Below, in pieces: positions 32,624 through 42,627 of a DNA stretch of 64,000 bases. The notes below the pieces were generated by a model, which saw nothing but the letters and a program-made list of their open reading frames with translations, made no database searches and was not told where the DNA came from. The translations under genes and the position numbers were made by a program. The first letter of the stretch is position 1. Every line of letters starts with the position of its first letter. Source of the stretch: a bacterium (GTDB taxonomy: Bacteria; Patescibacteriota; Minisyncoccia; UBA6257; WO2-44-18); assembly GCA_030646995.1 (NCBI GenBank), contig JAUSKF010000006.1, forward strand, positions 99,680-163,679, given 5' to 3'.

Positions 32624-34125
32624 AATTAATGCGCTATTTAAATCCGGCGCCGATGATAGGTGGACTGGAAGTTTCCGACCTCGCTTTGAGGTTTTTGCGT
32701 TTTGAAGATGACAAACTCAAACAGGCTTCGGTGCAGTTGCCGCCGGGGGTAATCATGGATGGGAAGATTTTAGAGCGGGATAAATTAGTTGCCGCGTTGG
32801 GTGTCTTGCATTCTCAAATTGAAAAACCAAAAAAAATAATTCATTCAGTGGTGGTGATGCCGGCTTCGAACGTTTACACACAGTCTTTTTCTATGCCAAT
32901 GGTGGCGGAAAAGAATGTTCGTGAAACTGCATTATTAAATATGCAGATGGTTTCTCCGATTGATTCTAAATCGGCTTATTCCGATTATCAGGTTATCGGC
33001 GAGACTAAGCCCGGCCAAGTGGAGGCTTTGGGGGCCTTTGTTTCTGCGAAAGAAGTAGACGATATGGTGTCGGCTTTGAAAGAGGCCAATTTTGATGTAA
33101 TTGCAGTGGAATTTATCGGAATGTCGCTGATGCGTTTGGTAAAAAATTATTCCGCCGGAATGAAGCCCGACGCCCCATATCTGATTGCGCACCTTTCGGG
33201 TGATGGGCCGGATATTATGATTGTGAAGAACGGGCATCTTTATTTCAATTATTTTCATTCATGGGCAGCCATTCAGACGGAGATTGGCGGCCGCAAAATG
33301 GAAGCGAAGGATGTGCAGGATTTCTTGGCGACGCATATCCGCCAAGTTTTGAATTTTTATACTAGCCGTTGGGGTGGGGCGATTAAGGATATTGTTTTAG
33401 TGCAAAACCCAATTGCGAAAGAAATAAAAGACACGATTCAGCAGAGTTTCGGAATCGACGCGCATTTATTGACTATCGGAAAATATAATCAGCTTTCCAC
33501 CCTTTGGTATGCGGCTCTAGGCGCGGCATTGAGAGGATTGACGCCCCGCTCGAAAGATAATGACTTAACACTTACCGCGACCGGAGTAGACGTGGGATAC
33601 TATCGGGAGTCAGTGTTGAATTTTCTTAAATCTTGGCGGGGAGTTATCCTGATGGCTCTGGGATTCGTGGCGGTAGTATTTCTAGTGGGAGATTTATTCC
33701 TAATCCAAACTTCCACATCCGTTGCCGAAAGCCTTAAATCAGGAACCTTGGTGCCCCTTGCTGATATTCAGGCTTTGCAGAAGGATGTGCAGAAATTTAA
33801 TACTAATGTTGCCTATGCGTTAAAAGCGCAGGAGTTAGGAGATTTTTGGTCTCCTTTGTTTGATAAAATTTTAGCTAATATCCGCGCGCTTTCCGGGCAA
33901 ACTATCCGTATTGAACGGCTCTACATCGATCAGAGCCTTTCCGGTTTGCTGATTGCCAAAGCCAGCAACGATTCGGCAGTTATTAATTTCAAGAACGCGA
34001 TGGCCAAAGAAACAAACTTCGCCGACGTTGTATTGCCGCTTTCCAACATCAAAGTTAACTCCGACGGCACGGTTTCATTTACGTTGCAGTTCAAAGTTGT
34101 CTCACTTAAGTTCGACAGCCAATAA
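32620..34125 (+). CDS. Type IV pilus assembly protein, fused PilM-PilN(-PilO)-like
   Basis: N-terminal actin-like PilM region, central single TM (GVILMALGFVAVVFLVGDLFLI), C-terminal periplasmic region. Confidence 0.65.
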   Translation: MKLMRYLNPAPMIGGLEVSDLALRFLRFEDDKLKQASVQLPPGVIMDGKILERDKLVAALGVLHSQIEKPKKIIHSVVVMPASNVYTQSFSMPMVAEKNVRETALLNMQMVSPIDSKSAYSDYQVIGETKPGQVEALGAFVSAKEVDDMVSALKEANFDVIAVEFIGMSLMRLVKNYSAGMKPDAPYLIAHLSGDGPDIMIVKNGHLYFNYFHSWAAIQTEIGGRKMEAKDVQDFLATHIRQVLNFYTSRWGGAIKDIVLVQNPIAKEIKDTIQQSFGIDAHLLTIGKYNQLSTLWYAALGAALRGLTPRSKDNDLTLTATGVDVGYYRESVLNFLKSWRGVILMALGFVAVVFLVGDLFLIQTSTSVAESLKSGTLVPLADIQALQKDVQKFNTNVAYALKAQELGDFWSPLFDKILANIRALSGQTIRIERLYIDQSLSGLLIAKASNDSAVINFKNAMAKETNFADVVLPLSNIKVNSDGTVSFTLQFKVVSLKFDSQ

Positions 34126-34165
34126 GGGTATAGCCAGTAGGGTAAATACCTGGCATAATAAGACT

Positions 34166-34375
34166 ATGAGCTATAGATATACCAGCGTAATCAACAAAGA
34201 GGGGAAATTGTTCGTTGCGACCGCTATTGAGCTGGGAGTGGTTAGTCAGGGAAAAAACGTTGAGGATGCTCAAAAGAACTTAAAGGAGGCAGTGGAGCTT
34301 TATTTAGAAGATATGCCGAAATCCAAAAGATATCTTCATAAAGAAGCGCCTTTGGTGACTACCGCGGAAGCGTAA
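34166..34375 (+). CDS. HicB-like antitoxin domain protein (UPF0150), orphan
   Basis: YTSVINKEGKLFVATAIELGVVSQGKNVEDAQKNLKEAVELYLED resembles the UPF0150/HicB fold pattern; no HicA partner found. Confidence 0.55.
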   Translation: MSYRYTSVINKEGKLFVATAIELGVVSQGKNVEDAQKNLKEAVELYLEDMPKSKRYLHKEAPLVTTAEA

Positions 34376-34567
34376 GTATTACTCGATTTTCATTCAAAAA
34401 AATAAACCCACCACACTATCTCATGAGATAGTACCTGCCTTGCCTTATTTTACTTGGCGTGATATTATGTATCCGGTTCGTTGATTAAGCATCCACGAAA
34501 AATCGCTTTGCGATCTCGTGGTAAACCGCGGTCCCGACGGGTTCGGGTAACTTAAGGGGAAAATAAA

Positions 34568-34906
34568 ATGACTGCCACGGCTGATGTGATGTACAGGGGA
34601 ATAGTTTTCAACGAGGTAAAAGCCATCCAAATGTTCGATACGGGAGTCCTTAATTATTACGACGGACCGGAAAGATTTCTCGCTTATTTTTTTAATGAAA
34701 AGTTTTGGATTGTAAAGGAGGTTTATCGGTGTAAATTTCTTGGTATTTTTGGGACATCGCCTATTGAGAGCCGTGCCGTAGATTCTGTGATGAGCTCCGC
34801 ATCTTTGTGTGCGCAGTGGTTTCTGGATAAATTTAGCCGTAGTATCGCTGCTAAGCTCGATTGCAGCCTTCTTTGGGTCAAATGTCTCGCTGAACAAGAA
34901 GGTTAA
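34568..34906 (+). CDS. Hypothetical protein
   Basis: RBS aagggga before the ATG; followed by terminator aaaaaccgccaatccggcggttttt; preferred over the overlapping antisense ORF. Confidence 0.45.
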   Translation: MTATADVMYRGIVFNEVKAIQMFDTGVLNYYDGPERFLAYFFNEKFWIVKEVYRCKFLGIFGTSPIESRAVDSVMSSASLCAQWFLDKFSRSIAAKLDCSLLWVKCLAEQEG

Positions 34907-34960
34907 ACAATTTAAAAACCGCCAATCCGGCGGTTTTTCATTCATAATGAGTTAGTCGAA

Positions 34961-35449
34961 CTATTTCAGCTTTTCAATAACTTCCTCAAAAACTTTTTTC
35001 AGCGTTGCCATATCGGCGGCGCTGATTTTTTTAAGTACAAAGTCGCCGGCTTTTAGGCGTCCGCCAGCTGGCGGAGCTTCATTGGCTGGGCGGATGCCGA
35101 TGCGCAATCTCCAAAAATCGTTGGTTTTTAAATGTTGTTGAATGCTTTCAATTCCGTGATGACCGGCCGAGCCACGGGCGAAGTCTAGCTTATATTTTCC
35201 AATTTCCAGGTCGCTGTCATCTTGCGCGATTAGAATTTCTTCCGGTTTGGCGCCGATTTTTTTTGCCGCCTTCTCCACGTATTTCCCGGAGTTGTTCATG
35301 TATTCCGTGGACTTTGTTATTAGTCGTTGGTCGTTAGTCGTTAAGTAATCTACAAAAAGATGGCCGACATTGTGGTAGGTCTTTTCATATTCTTTGTCGG
35401 GATTGCCGAGTCCTATAACTAATTTGATTTTGCTGGCGTTGAAATCCAT
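34961..35449 (-). CDS. pth: Peptidyl-tRNA hydrolase
   Basis: GLGNPDKEY...HNVGH...GHHG motifs; contains a degenerate tagtcgt repeat at 35323-35348. Confidence 0.9.
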   Translation of the reverse strand: MDFNASKIKLVIGLGNPDKEYEKTYHNVGHLFVDYLTTNDQRLITKSTEYMNNSGKYVEKAAKKIGAKPEEILIAQDDSDLEIGKYKLDFARGSAGHHGIESIQQHLKTNDFWRLRIGIRPANEAPPAGGRLKAGDFVLKKISAADMATLKKVFEEVIEKLK

Positions 35450-35507
35450 AGTGTCCGTATGTTGTCTATTTTATCACAATCCACGATAATTAAAGGCAAT
35501 TATCCCT

Positions 35508-36020
35508 ATGAAGAAGTTCCTTGTATCAATTTGGGAGATAGTCGAAGTGGTCTTCGTTTCCCTTGTAACGGTATTTATTATCCGTACCTTCATTGCCCAA
35601 CCATTTTTGGTGAGTGGCGCCAGCATGGAGCCGAATTTTCAGAACGGCAATTATCTGATTATTGATGAAGTCACTTATCGTTTTCGAGAGCCCGAGCGAG
35701 GGGAGGTGGTAGTTTTCCGTTATCCGAAAGATCCGTCCACCTACTTTATAAAACGAGTTATCGGTTTGCCGGGGGATCGGGTGCTGGTGCGCGGCTCGGA
35801 GGTTTGGGTTTATGATGACGGCAAAGAAATTTTTCATGAAACCGGCACCGTTGGTGGAGTAGACAGAACTTTAGGAGCCGATGAGTATTTTGTTTTGGGC
35901 GATAATAGGTATAATAGTTTTGATTCCCGAAACTGGGGCCCAATCTCCAAGAAGCATATTATTGGGGTCGCCCGCGTCAGAGTTTTCCCAATTACTGAAT
36001 TTGAATTCGTAACTCATTAA
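35508..36020 (+). CDS. lepB: Signal peptidase I
   Basis: SGASMEP (catalytic Ser), KRVIGLPGD (catalytic Lys) and GDNRYNSFDSR boxes. Confidence 0.9.
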   Translation: MKKFLVSIWEIVEVVFVSLVTVFIIRTFIAQPFLVSGASMEPNFQNGNYLIIDEVTYRFREPERGEVVVFRYPKDPSTYFIKRVIGLPGDRVLVRGSEVWVYDDGKEIFHETGTVGGVDRTLGADEYFVLGDNRYNSFDSRNWGPISKKHIIGVARVRVFPITEFEFVTH

Positions 36021-36037
36021 ATTTAAAAAATATTAGA

Positions 36038-37327
36038 ATGCCTAATCCAGCAAAAAAAGTTCGCCCCAATGTCATCACCGGCCCGAAAGGAATGCACGAC
36101 ATTTTGCCGAGTGATCAGCCGTTGTGGGATAAGATTCGTAAAGCAGTCAAAGAAGTTTCCGATTATTATAATTTTTGGAGGATTGATACGCCTCTTTTAG
36201 AGAAGGCGGAGTTATTTAGCCGGCCATTGGGAGAGACTTCTGATGTCGTGGAGAAGCAGATGTTTTCAGTGAATACTAAAGGGGGAGATAATTTGGTATT
36301 GCGTCCGGAGGGCACCGCGCCGATTGCTCGGGCTTATATAGAGCATGGCTTGAGCCATCTTGGCCAACCCCTGAAGCTTTACTATGAAGGTCCGATGTTT
36401 CGCTATGAACAGCCGCAGGCCGGTCGTTTCCGCCAATTTCATCAGGCAGGTTTTGAGATTTTGAGCAATGAAAATGATACGGTTTATGACATTCAGGTAA
36501 TCTTGGCCTGCTACCGAACTTTGGAGGCCTTAAAACTTAAGGAGGTAAGTATCCAGATTAATAGCACCGGCTGCCAGCGTTGCCGCCCGGGATTCCGGAA
36601 GAAATTGATTGAGTATTATAAAAACAAAGAAAAATCTTTGTGCGGCGACTGCAAACGTCGGCTGAAGGTTAACCCGTTGCGTCTTTTGGATTGCAAGAAT
36701 GAGCCTTGCGTGGAGTTGAAGAAAGATTCGCCGAATATTCTCGACGGGCTTTGTTTTGATTGCAAAAGGCACTTCAAAAAATTATTGGAATTTTTAGAAG
36801 AAACCAAATTACCGTATAGCCTGAATCAATATTTAGTACGTGGCTTCGATTATTACAGTAAGACTGTATTTGAAATGTTTGCATCCGGTTTCGATTTTGC
36901 AATCGCGGCAGGCGGACGCTACGATTATTTGATTGATTCTCTGGGTGGCCGGCAATCTCCGGGAGTGGGCGGAGCAATCGGGTTGGATCGGGTGGTGGAG
37001 GTAATCAAAGCGAAAAATATTAATTTACTCGGTAAGTTGAAACCTAAAGTATTCCTGATTCATATGGGCGATATGGCAAAAATTAAGGCTATTGGTTTGG
37101 TTGAGGAATTGCGGGAAGCGGGCGTTGATGTGCATGAATCACTCGGCAAGGAATCCTTAAAAGCGCAATTGAAGGCGGCGGACAAGCTTCATTCCGAATG
37201 GGCGCTGATTTTGGGTCAGCAGGAAGTTTTTGAGCAATCGATAATTATTCGCGATATGAAATCCGGCGCGCAGGAAACTGTGCCGTTGAAAAAAGTGGTA
37301 GAGGTGGTCAAGAAGAAGCTGCGCTAA
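36038..37327 (+). CDS. hisS: Histidyl-tRNA synthetase with Cys-rich (zinc-ribbon-like) insertion domain
   Basis: Class II motifs and HisS-specific GGRYDYL and GGAIGLDR; insertion STGCQRC...CGDCKRR...CKNEPC...CFDCKRH. Confidence 0.9.
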   Translation: MPNPAKKVRPNVITGPKGMHDILPSDQPLWDKIRKAVKEVSDYYNFWRIDTPLLEKAELFSRPLGETSDVVEKQMFSVNTKGGDNLVLRPEGTAPIARAYIEHGLSHLGQPLKLYYEGPMFRYEQPQAGRFRQFHQAGFEILSNENDTVYDIQVILACYRTLEALKLKEVSIQINSTGCQRCRPGFRKKLIEYYKNKEKSLCGDCKRRLKVNPLRLLDCKNEPCVELKKDSPNILDGLCFDCKRHFKKLLEFLEETKLPYSLNQYLVRGFDYYSKTVFEMFASGFDFAIAAGGRYDYLIDSLGGRQSPGVGGAIGLDRVVEVIKAKNINLLGKLKPKVFLIHMGDMAKIKAIGLVEELREAGVDVHESLGKESLKAQLKAADKLHSEWALILGQQEVFEQSIIIRDMKSGAQETVPLKKVVEVVKKKLR

Positions 37328-37689
37328 TGGATTGCGTGTTTTGTAAGATAGTAAAAAAAGAGATTCCGGCGGATTTTCTTTATGAAGATGACCAATTAGT
37401 GGCTTTTAAGGATATTCGCCCGTCCGCGCCCGTGCATAATTTAGTTGTTCCAAAAGAGCACATTGCTTCAATTGCGCATTTAGAAGGTAACCATAAAGAA
37501 ATATTGGCGGCTCTCATATATAGAGCTAAGGACTTGGCAGTTCAGGCGGGTTTAAAGGGCTATAAATTGGTTTTTAACGTAGGACGCGATGGTGGGCAGG
37601 TAATTGATCATCTGCACCTTCATTTACTCGGTGGATGGGGGAGAAAAGAGGATATAGGCGCGATGCCGCATCCCAGTCTAGACAAGTAG
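37327..37689 (+). CDS. HIT family protein (histidine triad)
   Basis: HLHLHLLGG (HxHxHxx) motif. Confidence 0.85.
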   Translation: MDCVFCKIVKKEIPADFLYEDDQLVAFKDIRPSAPVHNLVVPKEHIASIAHLEGNHKEILAALIYRAKDLAVQAGLKGYKLVFNVGRDGGQVIDHLHLHLLGGWGRKEDIGAMPHPSLDK

Positions 37690-37717
37690 GGCTGGATTAA
37701 GTTATTATCTAAAAACT

Positions 37718-37936
37718 ATGGAAGTACGAAGAAAAGAGGGGGAGAATCCGAATTCGCTAATTTTTCGGTTCTTGAAGAGGATGCAACAGACCGGCATTTT
37801 GCGTGAATCAAAAAAGCGCCGCTTTCGCGCCCGACCGATTAATCGCTTAAAGCGGAAGTTGTCTGCTTTGCATCGTGAAGAGAAAAAAGTGGAATACGAA
37901 AAGGCCAAGAAGCTTGGTCAACAGGAATGGCGTTAA
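37718..37936 (+). CDS. rpsU: 30S ribosomal protein S21
   Basis: MEVRRKEGENPNSLIFRFLKR...; typical basic 72-aa bS21. Confidence 0.8.
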   Translation: MEVRRKEGENPNSLIFRFLKRMQQTGILRESKKRRFRARPINRLKRKLSALHREEKKVEYEKAKKLGQQEWR

Positions 37937-38379
37937 AAGAAACTCTTAGCGGAGAAATGAAAACAGCGATGAAGGCCGGCGATCCAGATCGCGTCGGCCT
38001 TTTTCGTATGATAATTTCCGCAATTAACAATAAAGAAATTGAAAGGAAGGGCCAGGGGAAAGAGGGTCCGATGTCCGACGAAGAAATCACCCAGCTTTTG
38101 ATGTCAGAGAGTAAGAAGCGCCGGGAGTCCGCAGAAGTATATACACAAGGCAACCGCGCAGATCTCGCTGATAAGGAAAAGAAAGAAGTAGAAATCATCA
38201 GTCATTTTTTGCCGAAGCAGATGTCTCCGGAGGAAACCGAAAAAGCAGTATTGGAAATTTTGAATAAGTCCGGAGCAAAAGAGATTGGCTTAGCGATGAA
38301 AGAAGTAATGAAAGAATTGCGCGGCAAAGCCGACGGAGCGTTGATTGGTGAAATTGTAAAGAAAAAACTTTCCAGCTAA
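37927..38379 (+). CDS. GatB/YqeY domain protein
   Basis: MALKETLSGEMKTAMKAGDPDRVGLFRMIISAINNKEI... YqeY pattern; follows rpsU as in many bacteria. Confidence 0.8.
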   Translation: MALKETLSGEMKTAMKAGDPDRVGLFRMIISAINNKEIERKGQGKEGPMSDEEITQLLMSESKKRRESAEVYTQGNRADLADKEKKEVEIISHFLPKQMSPEETEKAVLEILNKSGAKEIGLAMKEVMKELRGKADGALIGEIVKKKLSS

Positions 38380-38390
38380 GTGTTGCCGGT

Positions 38391-38768
38391 ATGAAATTAG
38401 TGGTTGTCAGTGGCCATAAGAGCTTCGATAAATTTAAACCGACGATCCGTAGGGTCGCCGGTTTTTTGGCAAAGCAGTTAAAGCAGGAAAAAACTTATTT
38501 GGAAGTTTATTTAGTTGGAAAAGAATTTATGTATAAGAATGTGCTTGCCTTTCCGGCTCCAAAGAATTTCCCACGACCGGACATCAAGTTAAAATCTCTC
38601 GGCGAGGTTTATCTTAACCCGCAATATATCAAAGAAAATGGGGAAGACCTTGTGTTTATGCTTATCCATGGATTTCTGCACCTTTTGGGCTATGACCACA
38701 AAAAAGAAAATGATAGAATAAGTATGGAATCTAAAGAAAAAGAATTGCTAAAATTGTTAGGTAAATAA
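38391..38768 (+). CDS. ybeY: rRNA maturation endoribonuclease YbeY (short form)
   Basis: HGFLHLLGYDH zinc-binding motif. Confidence 0.8.
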   Translation: MKLVVVSGHKSFDKFKPTIRRVAGFLAKQLKQEKTYLEVYLVGKEFMYKNVLAFPAPKNFPRPDIKLKSLGEVYLNPQYIKENGEDLVFMLIHGFLHLLGYDHKKENDRISMESKEKELLKLLGK

Positions 38769-38825
38769 GTCATTAAGGTTATCGGGCTTTTAATGACTTG
38801 GCTTCTTATTAAGCCGATAATCCCA

Positions 38826-40049
38826 ATGACTAATTACATAGTTGGACTGGACGTAGGCACTCATAGTATTAAAGCGGCAATTGCCGAAGTAAAAAAGAAC
38901 GGTAAATTATCTCTGGTTCGGGTGTTAAAGATGCCTTCGGCCGGAATGAAGCGGGGCGTTGTTGATGATCTGCCGGAAGCGACTCGGGCAATCGGCCAAG
39001 TGCTCGCTGAAATAAAGCAGGTTTCAAAGAACGCGATAAAAAATATTTATCTCGGCGTCGGCAGCCCGGATTTCAAAGTTCATCCCGGTCAGGGTATTGT
39101 GGCGGTTTCGCGCGCCGACTCGGAAATTTCTAAATATGATCTTGACAGCGCCGTTGAAGCCTCTCAAGCAATCAAGCTTCCCTTGAACCGGATGATTGTG
39201 CACGCCATCACTAAAGAACACATCGTTGATGAAGTTGCCGATGTCCGTGATCCGCTGGGTATGGTGGGGAATCGCCTGGAGGTGCGAAGTCTGATTATTC
39301 ATGCCTTTTCTCCGGCGATAAAAAACTTAATGAAGTGCGTTGAGAGCGCAGGCGGGGGAATTGCAGCTTTGATTTTTTCTCCATTGGCGGCTAGCCAGGC
39401 GATTCTTACGCGCAATCAAAAAGATCTCGGGGTGGCGGTGATAGATATAGGGTTCGGCAAGACCGGAATGGCGGTCTATGAAGAAAATAAACTTTTGCAC
39501 ACCGTAGTTTTCCCGGTCGGTTCCGGAAATGTTACCAACGATTTAGCTATTGGCCTCAAAACCTCCATCGCTTCCGCGGAGAATATAAAACTTACCCTGG
39601 GTTCAGCTTTGGCCAAAGAAGCGCCGGCGCGGGAGTTGGTAGATCTGAAAAAATTCGATTCGACTGCTAAAGGAAATGTTTCCCGCCGGTATATTTCAGA
39701 GATTATTGAAGCCAGATTGGTTGAGGTATTGGAATTTGCGAATAATGAGTTAAAATACATCAGTAAGTTAGCGAAGCTTCCCGGGGGAGTAATCCTGACC
39801 GGCGGTGGAGCGAAGATTCCGGGTATGGTAGATTTGGCTAAACAGGAGTTGCGGATGAGCGCTCAAATCGGAGTACCGAGTATTGTGGAAATTGATTCCG
39901 CCGATTCCGAGCTGGTGTCTCAGGCCGAAGATCCTGAAATGTCCTGCGCTTTCGGATTGCTGATGTGGGGAGGAGAGAAGCTTGCTCAATCGGAGTCTTA
40001 TGACGGCGTCGGTTTTATAAAAAAGATATTCCGTTCGTTCTTGCCATAA
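38826..40049 (+). CDS. ftsA: Cell division protein FtsA
   Basis: MTNYIVGLDVGTHSIKAA actin-fold N-terminus; internal ATG chosen (track ORF 38793). Confidence 0.85.
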   Translation: MTNYIVGLDVGTHSIKAAIAEVKKNGKLSLVRVLKMPSAGMKRGVVDDLPEATRAIGQVLAEIKQVSKNAIKNIYLGVGSPDFKVHPGQGIVAVSRADSEISKYDLDSAVEASQAIKLPLNRMIVHAITKEHIVDEVADVRDPLGMVGNRLEVRSLIIHAFSPAIKNLMKCVESAGGGIAALIFSPLAASQAILTRNQKDLGVAVIDIGFGKTGMAVYEENKLLHTVVFPVGSGNVTNDLAIGLKTSIASAENIKLTLGSALAKEAPARELVDLKKFDSTAKGNVSRRYISEIIEARLVEVLEFANNELKYISKLAKLPGGVILTGGGAKIPGMVDLAKQELRMSAQIGVPSIVEIDSADSELVSQAEDPEMSCAFGLLMWGGEKLAQSESYDGVGFIKKIFRSFLP

Positions 40050-40050
40050 A

Positions 40051-41211
40051 GTGATGTCTAATAACAGTAAAAAATCTTTGGGAGATTACGCTGCGAAGAT
40101 CAAAGTGATCGGCGTGGGTGGCGGTGGCGGCAACGCTGTTTCTCGTATGCAAGATGATTTTCAGATAAAATCGGTAGATTTTTTGGCAATCAACACTGAT
40201 GCTCAAGATTTAGATTATTGCCGGGCGAAACACAAAATTTATATCGGGAAGAATTTAACTCGGGGGCTGGGCACCGGAATGAATCCGGAGCTTGGTCGGC
40301 AGGCGGCAGAAGAGACGCGTTCGGAAATTGTGGAGGCCCTCAAGGGCGCTGATTTAGTGTTTGTGACGGCCGGTTTGGGGGGCGGCACGGGTTCTGGAGC
40401 TTCTCCGGTAATCGCGGAAATAGCGCGGGAGCAGGGAGCGTTGACTGTTGGGGTAGTCACTAAACCTTTCGCTTTTGAGGGAGCTCAACGGAGCCGGATT
40501 GCTCAAGAGGCCTTATTGAAACTGAAAGAAAAGGTGGACACTTTAATCGTGGTACCCAACGACCGTATTTTTAGTGTTATTAAAAAGGACACTCCGATTA
40601 TGAAGGCGTTCGAGTTTATTGATGATGTTTTGCGTTATAGCGTGCAGGGTATCGCCGAATTGATCGCTATGCCAGGCATCGTCAACGTGGACTTTGCTGA
40701 TGTGAAAGCGATCATGAAAGATGCCGGCTCTGCATTGGTGGGAATCGGTATTTCTTCCGGTCAGGAAAGAGCAATGGCTGCAGTGGATGCAGCAGTTAAT
40801 TCTCCTTTGTTGGAGACTTCGATTGATGGAGCTAAGGGTATTTTATTTGCGGTTTCGGGAGGTAAAGATTTACGTTTGAATGAAATCCACGACATCGCCA
40901 AAGTAATTGGTGAATCAGTAGATCCGGGGGCGAAAATTATTTTCGGTGCTTATCATGATCGCAAACTTCGGAAGGGCGCGATTAAAGTTATTTTGTTGGC
41001 TACGGGTTTTAACGGCCAAGCTTTGAAGAATAGCGAGTCTTCTATCTCGACCTTATTCGGCGGTGATTCTTCCCCGATAATCAAGCCGGTAATGATGGAG
41101 GAAAAGCTCATGCGTATTAATAGCGAGAAGGTGGTGGAGAAGGAATCCAAAGAGAAGAAGAAAGACGAAGATATTTGGGACATCCCGACTTTTTTGCGGA
41201 AGAAGAAATAG
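40051..41211 (+). CDS. ftsZ: Cell division protein FtsZ
   Basis: GVGGGGGNAV and AGLGGGTGSGASPVIA tubulin signature. Confidence 0.95.
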   Translation: MMSNNSKKSLGDYAAKIKVIGVGGGGGNAVSRMQDDFQIKSVDFLAINTDAQDLDYCRAKHKIYIGKNLTRGLGTGMNPELGRQAAEETRSEIVEALKGADLVFVTAGLGGGTGSGASPVIAEIAREQGALTVGVVTKPFAFEGAQRSRIAQEALLKLKEKVDTLIVVPNDRIFSVIKKDTPIMKAFEFIDDVLRYSVQGIAELIAMPGIVNVDFADVKAIMKDAGSALVGIGISSGQERAMAAVDAAVNSPLLETSIDGAKGILFAVSGGKDLRLNEIHDIAKVIGESVDPGAKIIFGAYHDRKLRKGAIKVILLATGFNGQALKNSESSISTLFGGDSSPIIKPVMMEEKLMRINSEKVVEKESKEKKKDEDIWDIPTFLRKKK

Positions 41212-41213
41212 TG

Positions 41214-41250
41214 GAGTAATCGCGAATAATGCGAATTGGGGAGGTAATAT
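41214..41250 (+). repeat. Dispersed intergenic repeat (copy B), 37/37 identical to copy A
   Basis: ggagtaatcgcgaataatgcgaattggggaggtaata directly after the ftsZ stop; only a 24-codon ORF follows, so this looks like a decayed copy. Confidence 0.85.
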
Positions 41251-41454
41251 TGCGAATAATACACCTAAAGTGTAATCAAAAACCCCTGACATTAACCGGG
41301 TGAGTAGATCGAGTAGTGGGTTATCTTATTGGTATCAATGTAAGGTTACACAAAAACTTTACACTAATTTCCAATCTGATCCACATTGCAAACTTCTTGC
41401 TACTCGATTCACTCCCCGGCATGCAGGGGTTTTTGATTTACTTGCAGGAATTAA

Positions 41455-42141
41455 TTAAGAGTGATGTTCTATCTCGCTCTCAAGCTTTCCGAGCCATTTG
41501 GTAGCCATTTCTTTGCCACCAAGACCGAAAGCTAAACCGCCAGCCAAGGACAACATCGCGATCAAACCCGTAATTAGGGTGTTGATTATGCTTACAGCGA
41601 CGCCAAGTTGCACCAAGGAAGTCAAAAGACCAAAAATCACTACAATCCACCAGGTGAGCGCGCCCAATCCTTTCGCTCCATGGAGGTTGGCGCTCATAAC
41701 TGACGCGCGAACCAATCCTTTGAGGAAGTTAGCCAGCATTAAGGCCGCTAACAAGATGAGCATAGCCACCAATACCTGCGGAACATAATTTAATACGTCC
41801 CTTAAAAATGCGGAAAGCGTGAAGAATCCGAGGATATCCGAAGCAGCCAACAAGAAAGCCAAAACGAAGAACCAATAGACTATTTTCCCGACGAAGTGTC
41901 CGGAATCAAGTTTCATGTGTGCCCGTTCCGCGATTCCTTCGACGCCAAGCTTTCTAAGCAAGACATCAAGGCGGACATAGAAGACCAACCTCTCAACTAT
42001 CTTCTCCAATACGGCAGCTACGATAAGACCGACAATAAAGACGATTAAAGCGCCGATTAAAGAAGGTAAGAAGTTGGCAACTGTGATCCAAAGCTCTTGG
42101 ATGGAAGCCCTCAAGACGTTCAGCCAATTTTCAACAATCAT
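41455..42141 (-). CDS. Hypothetical polytopic membrane protein
   Basis: 228 aa with about 6 TM helices; no catalytic motif. Confidence 0.5.
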   Translation of the reverse strand: MIVENWLNVLRASIQELWITVANFLPSLIGALIVFIVGLIVAAVLEKIVERLVFYVRLDVLLRKLGVEGIAERAHMKLDSGHFVGKIVYWFFVLAFLLAASDILGFFTLSAFLRDVLNYVPQVLVAMLILLAALMLANFLKGLVRASVMSANLHGAKGLGALTWWIVVIFGLLTSLVQLGVAVSIINTLITGLIAMLSLAGGLAFGLGGKEMATKWLGKLESEIEHHS

Positions 42142-42627
42142 TTTTGTTAATTAAATAAAACTTAGGCTTACTCGACCTTTTACTATTGAATTATAGCATT
42201 TTGAGCCAAAACCAGCCTTGGCTCTGTGCATAACTGCTCCGGGAAGCTACTTTTCGGAAACGGCGTAAATTGCTTCCAGCGAGCAATTTCGCCTCTCCCT
42301 CGCTACGCCGCTTCGAAGAGACCTAGCCGGCGCAGCTCCGGCATGTTCCTTGAAGTAGCTTCCCTGCGCTTTGTTTGTGAATAAAAACCCCCGCTTCAAA
42401 AATAGCCAAAATTCCTGTTGGTGGTGTTATTTTAGCATTTGCGCGAACCTTTTTTGAACGAAACTCCTGATGCGCCCCGCCACTATTTTTCTGGGGCAAA
42501 GGAGGCGGGGCGACGGACTCGCCCGCGTGGAGGAGGGGTCTGGGGAGGAATCCGCGCGGACTTTGGCTTTCTTTTTTGGTGAAATTCAGACGAGCCTAAC
42601 GCATAGAATTTTAGTATAATAGTTCTT

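Noticed and set aside
34445-34945. 166-aa minus-strand ORF overlapping the 34568..34906 + ORF
   Set aside because: The + ORF has an RBS, a promoter-like upstream sequence and a terminator. The minus ORF lacks start signals.
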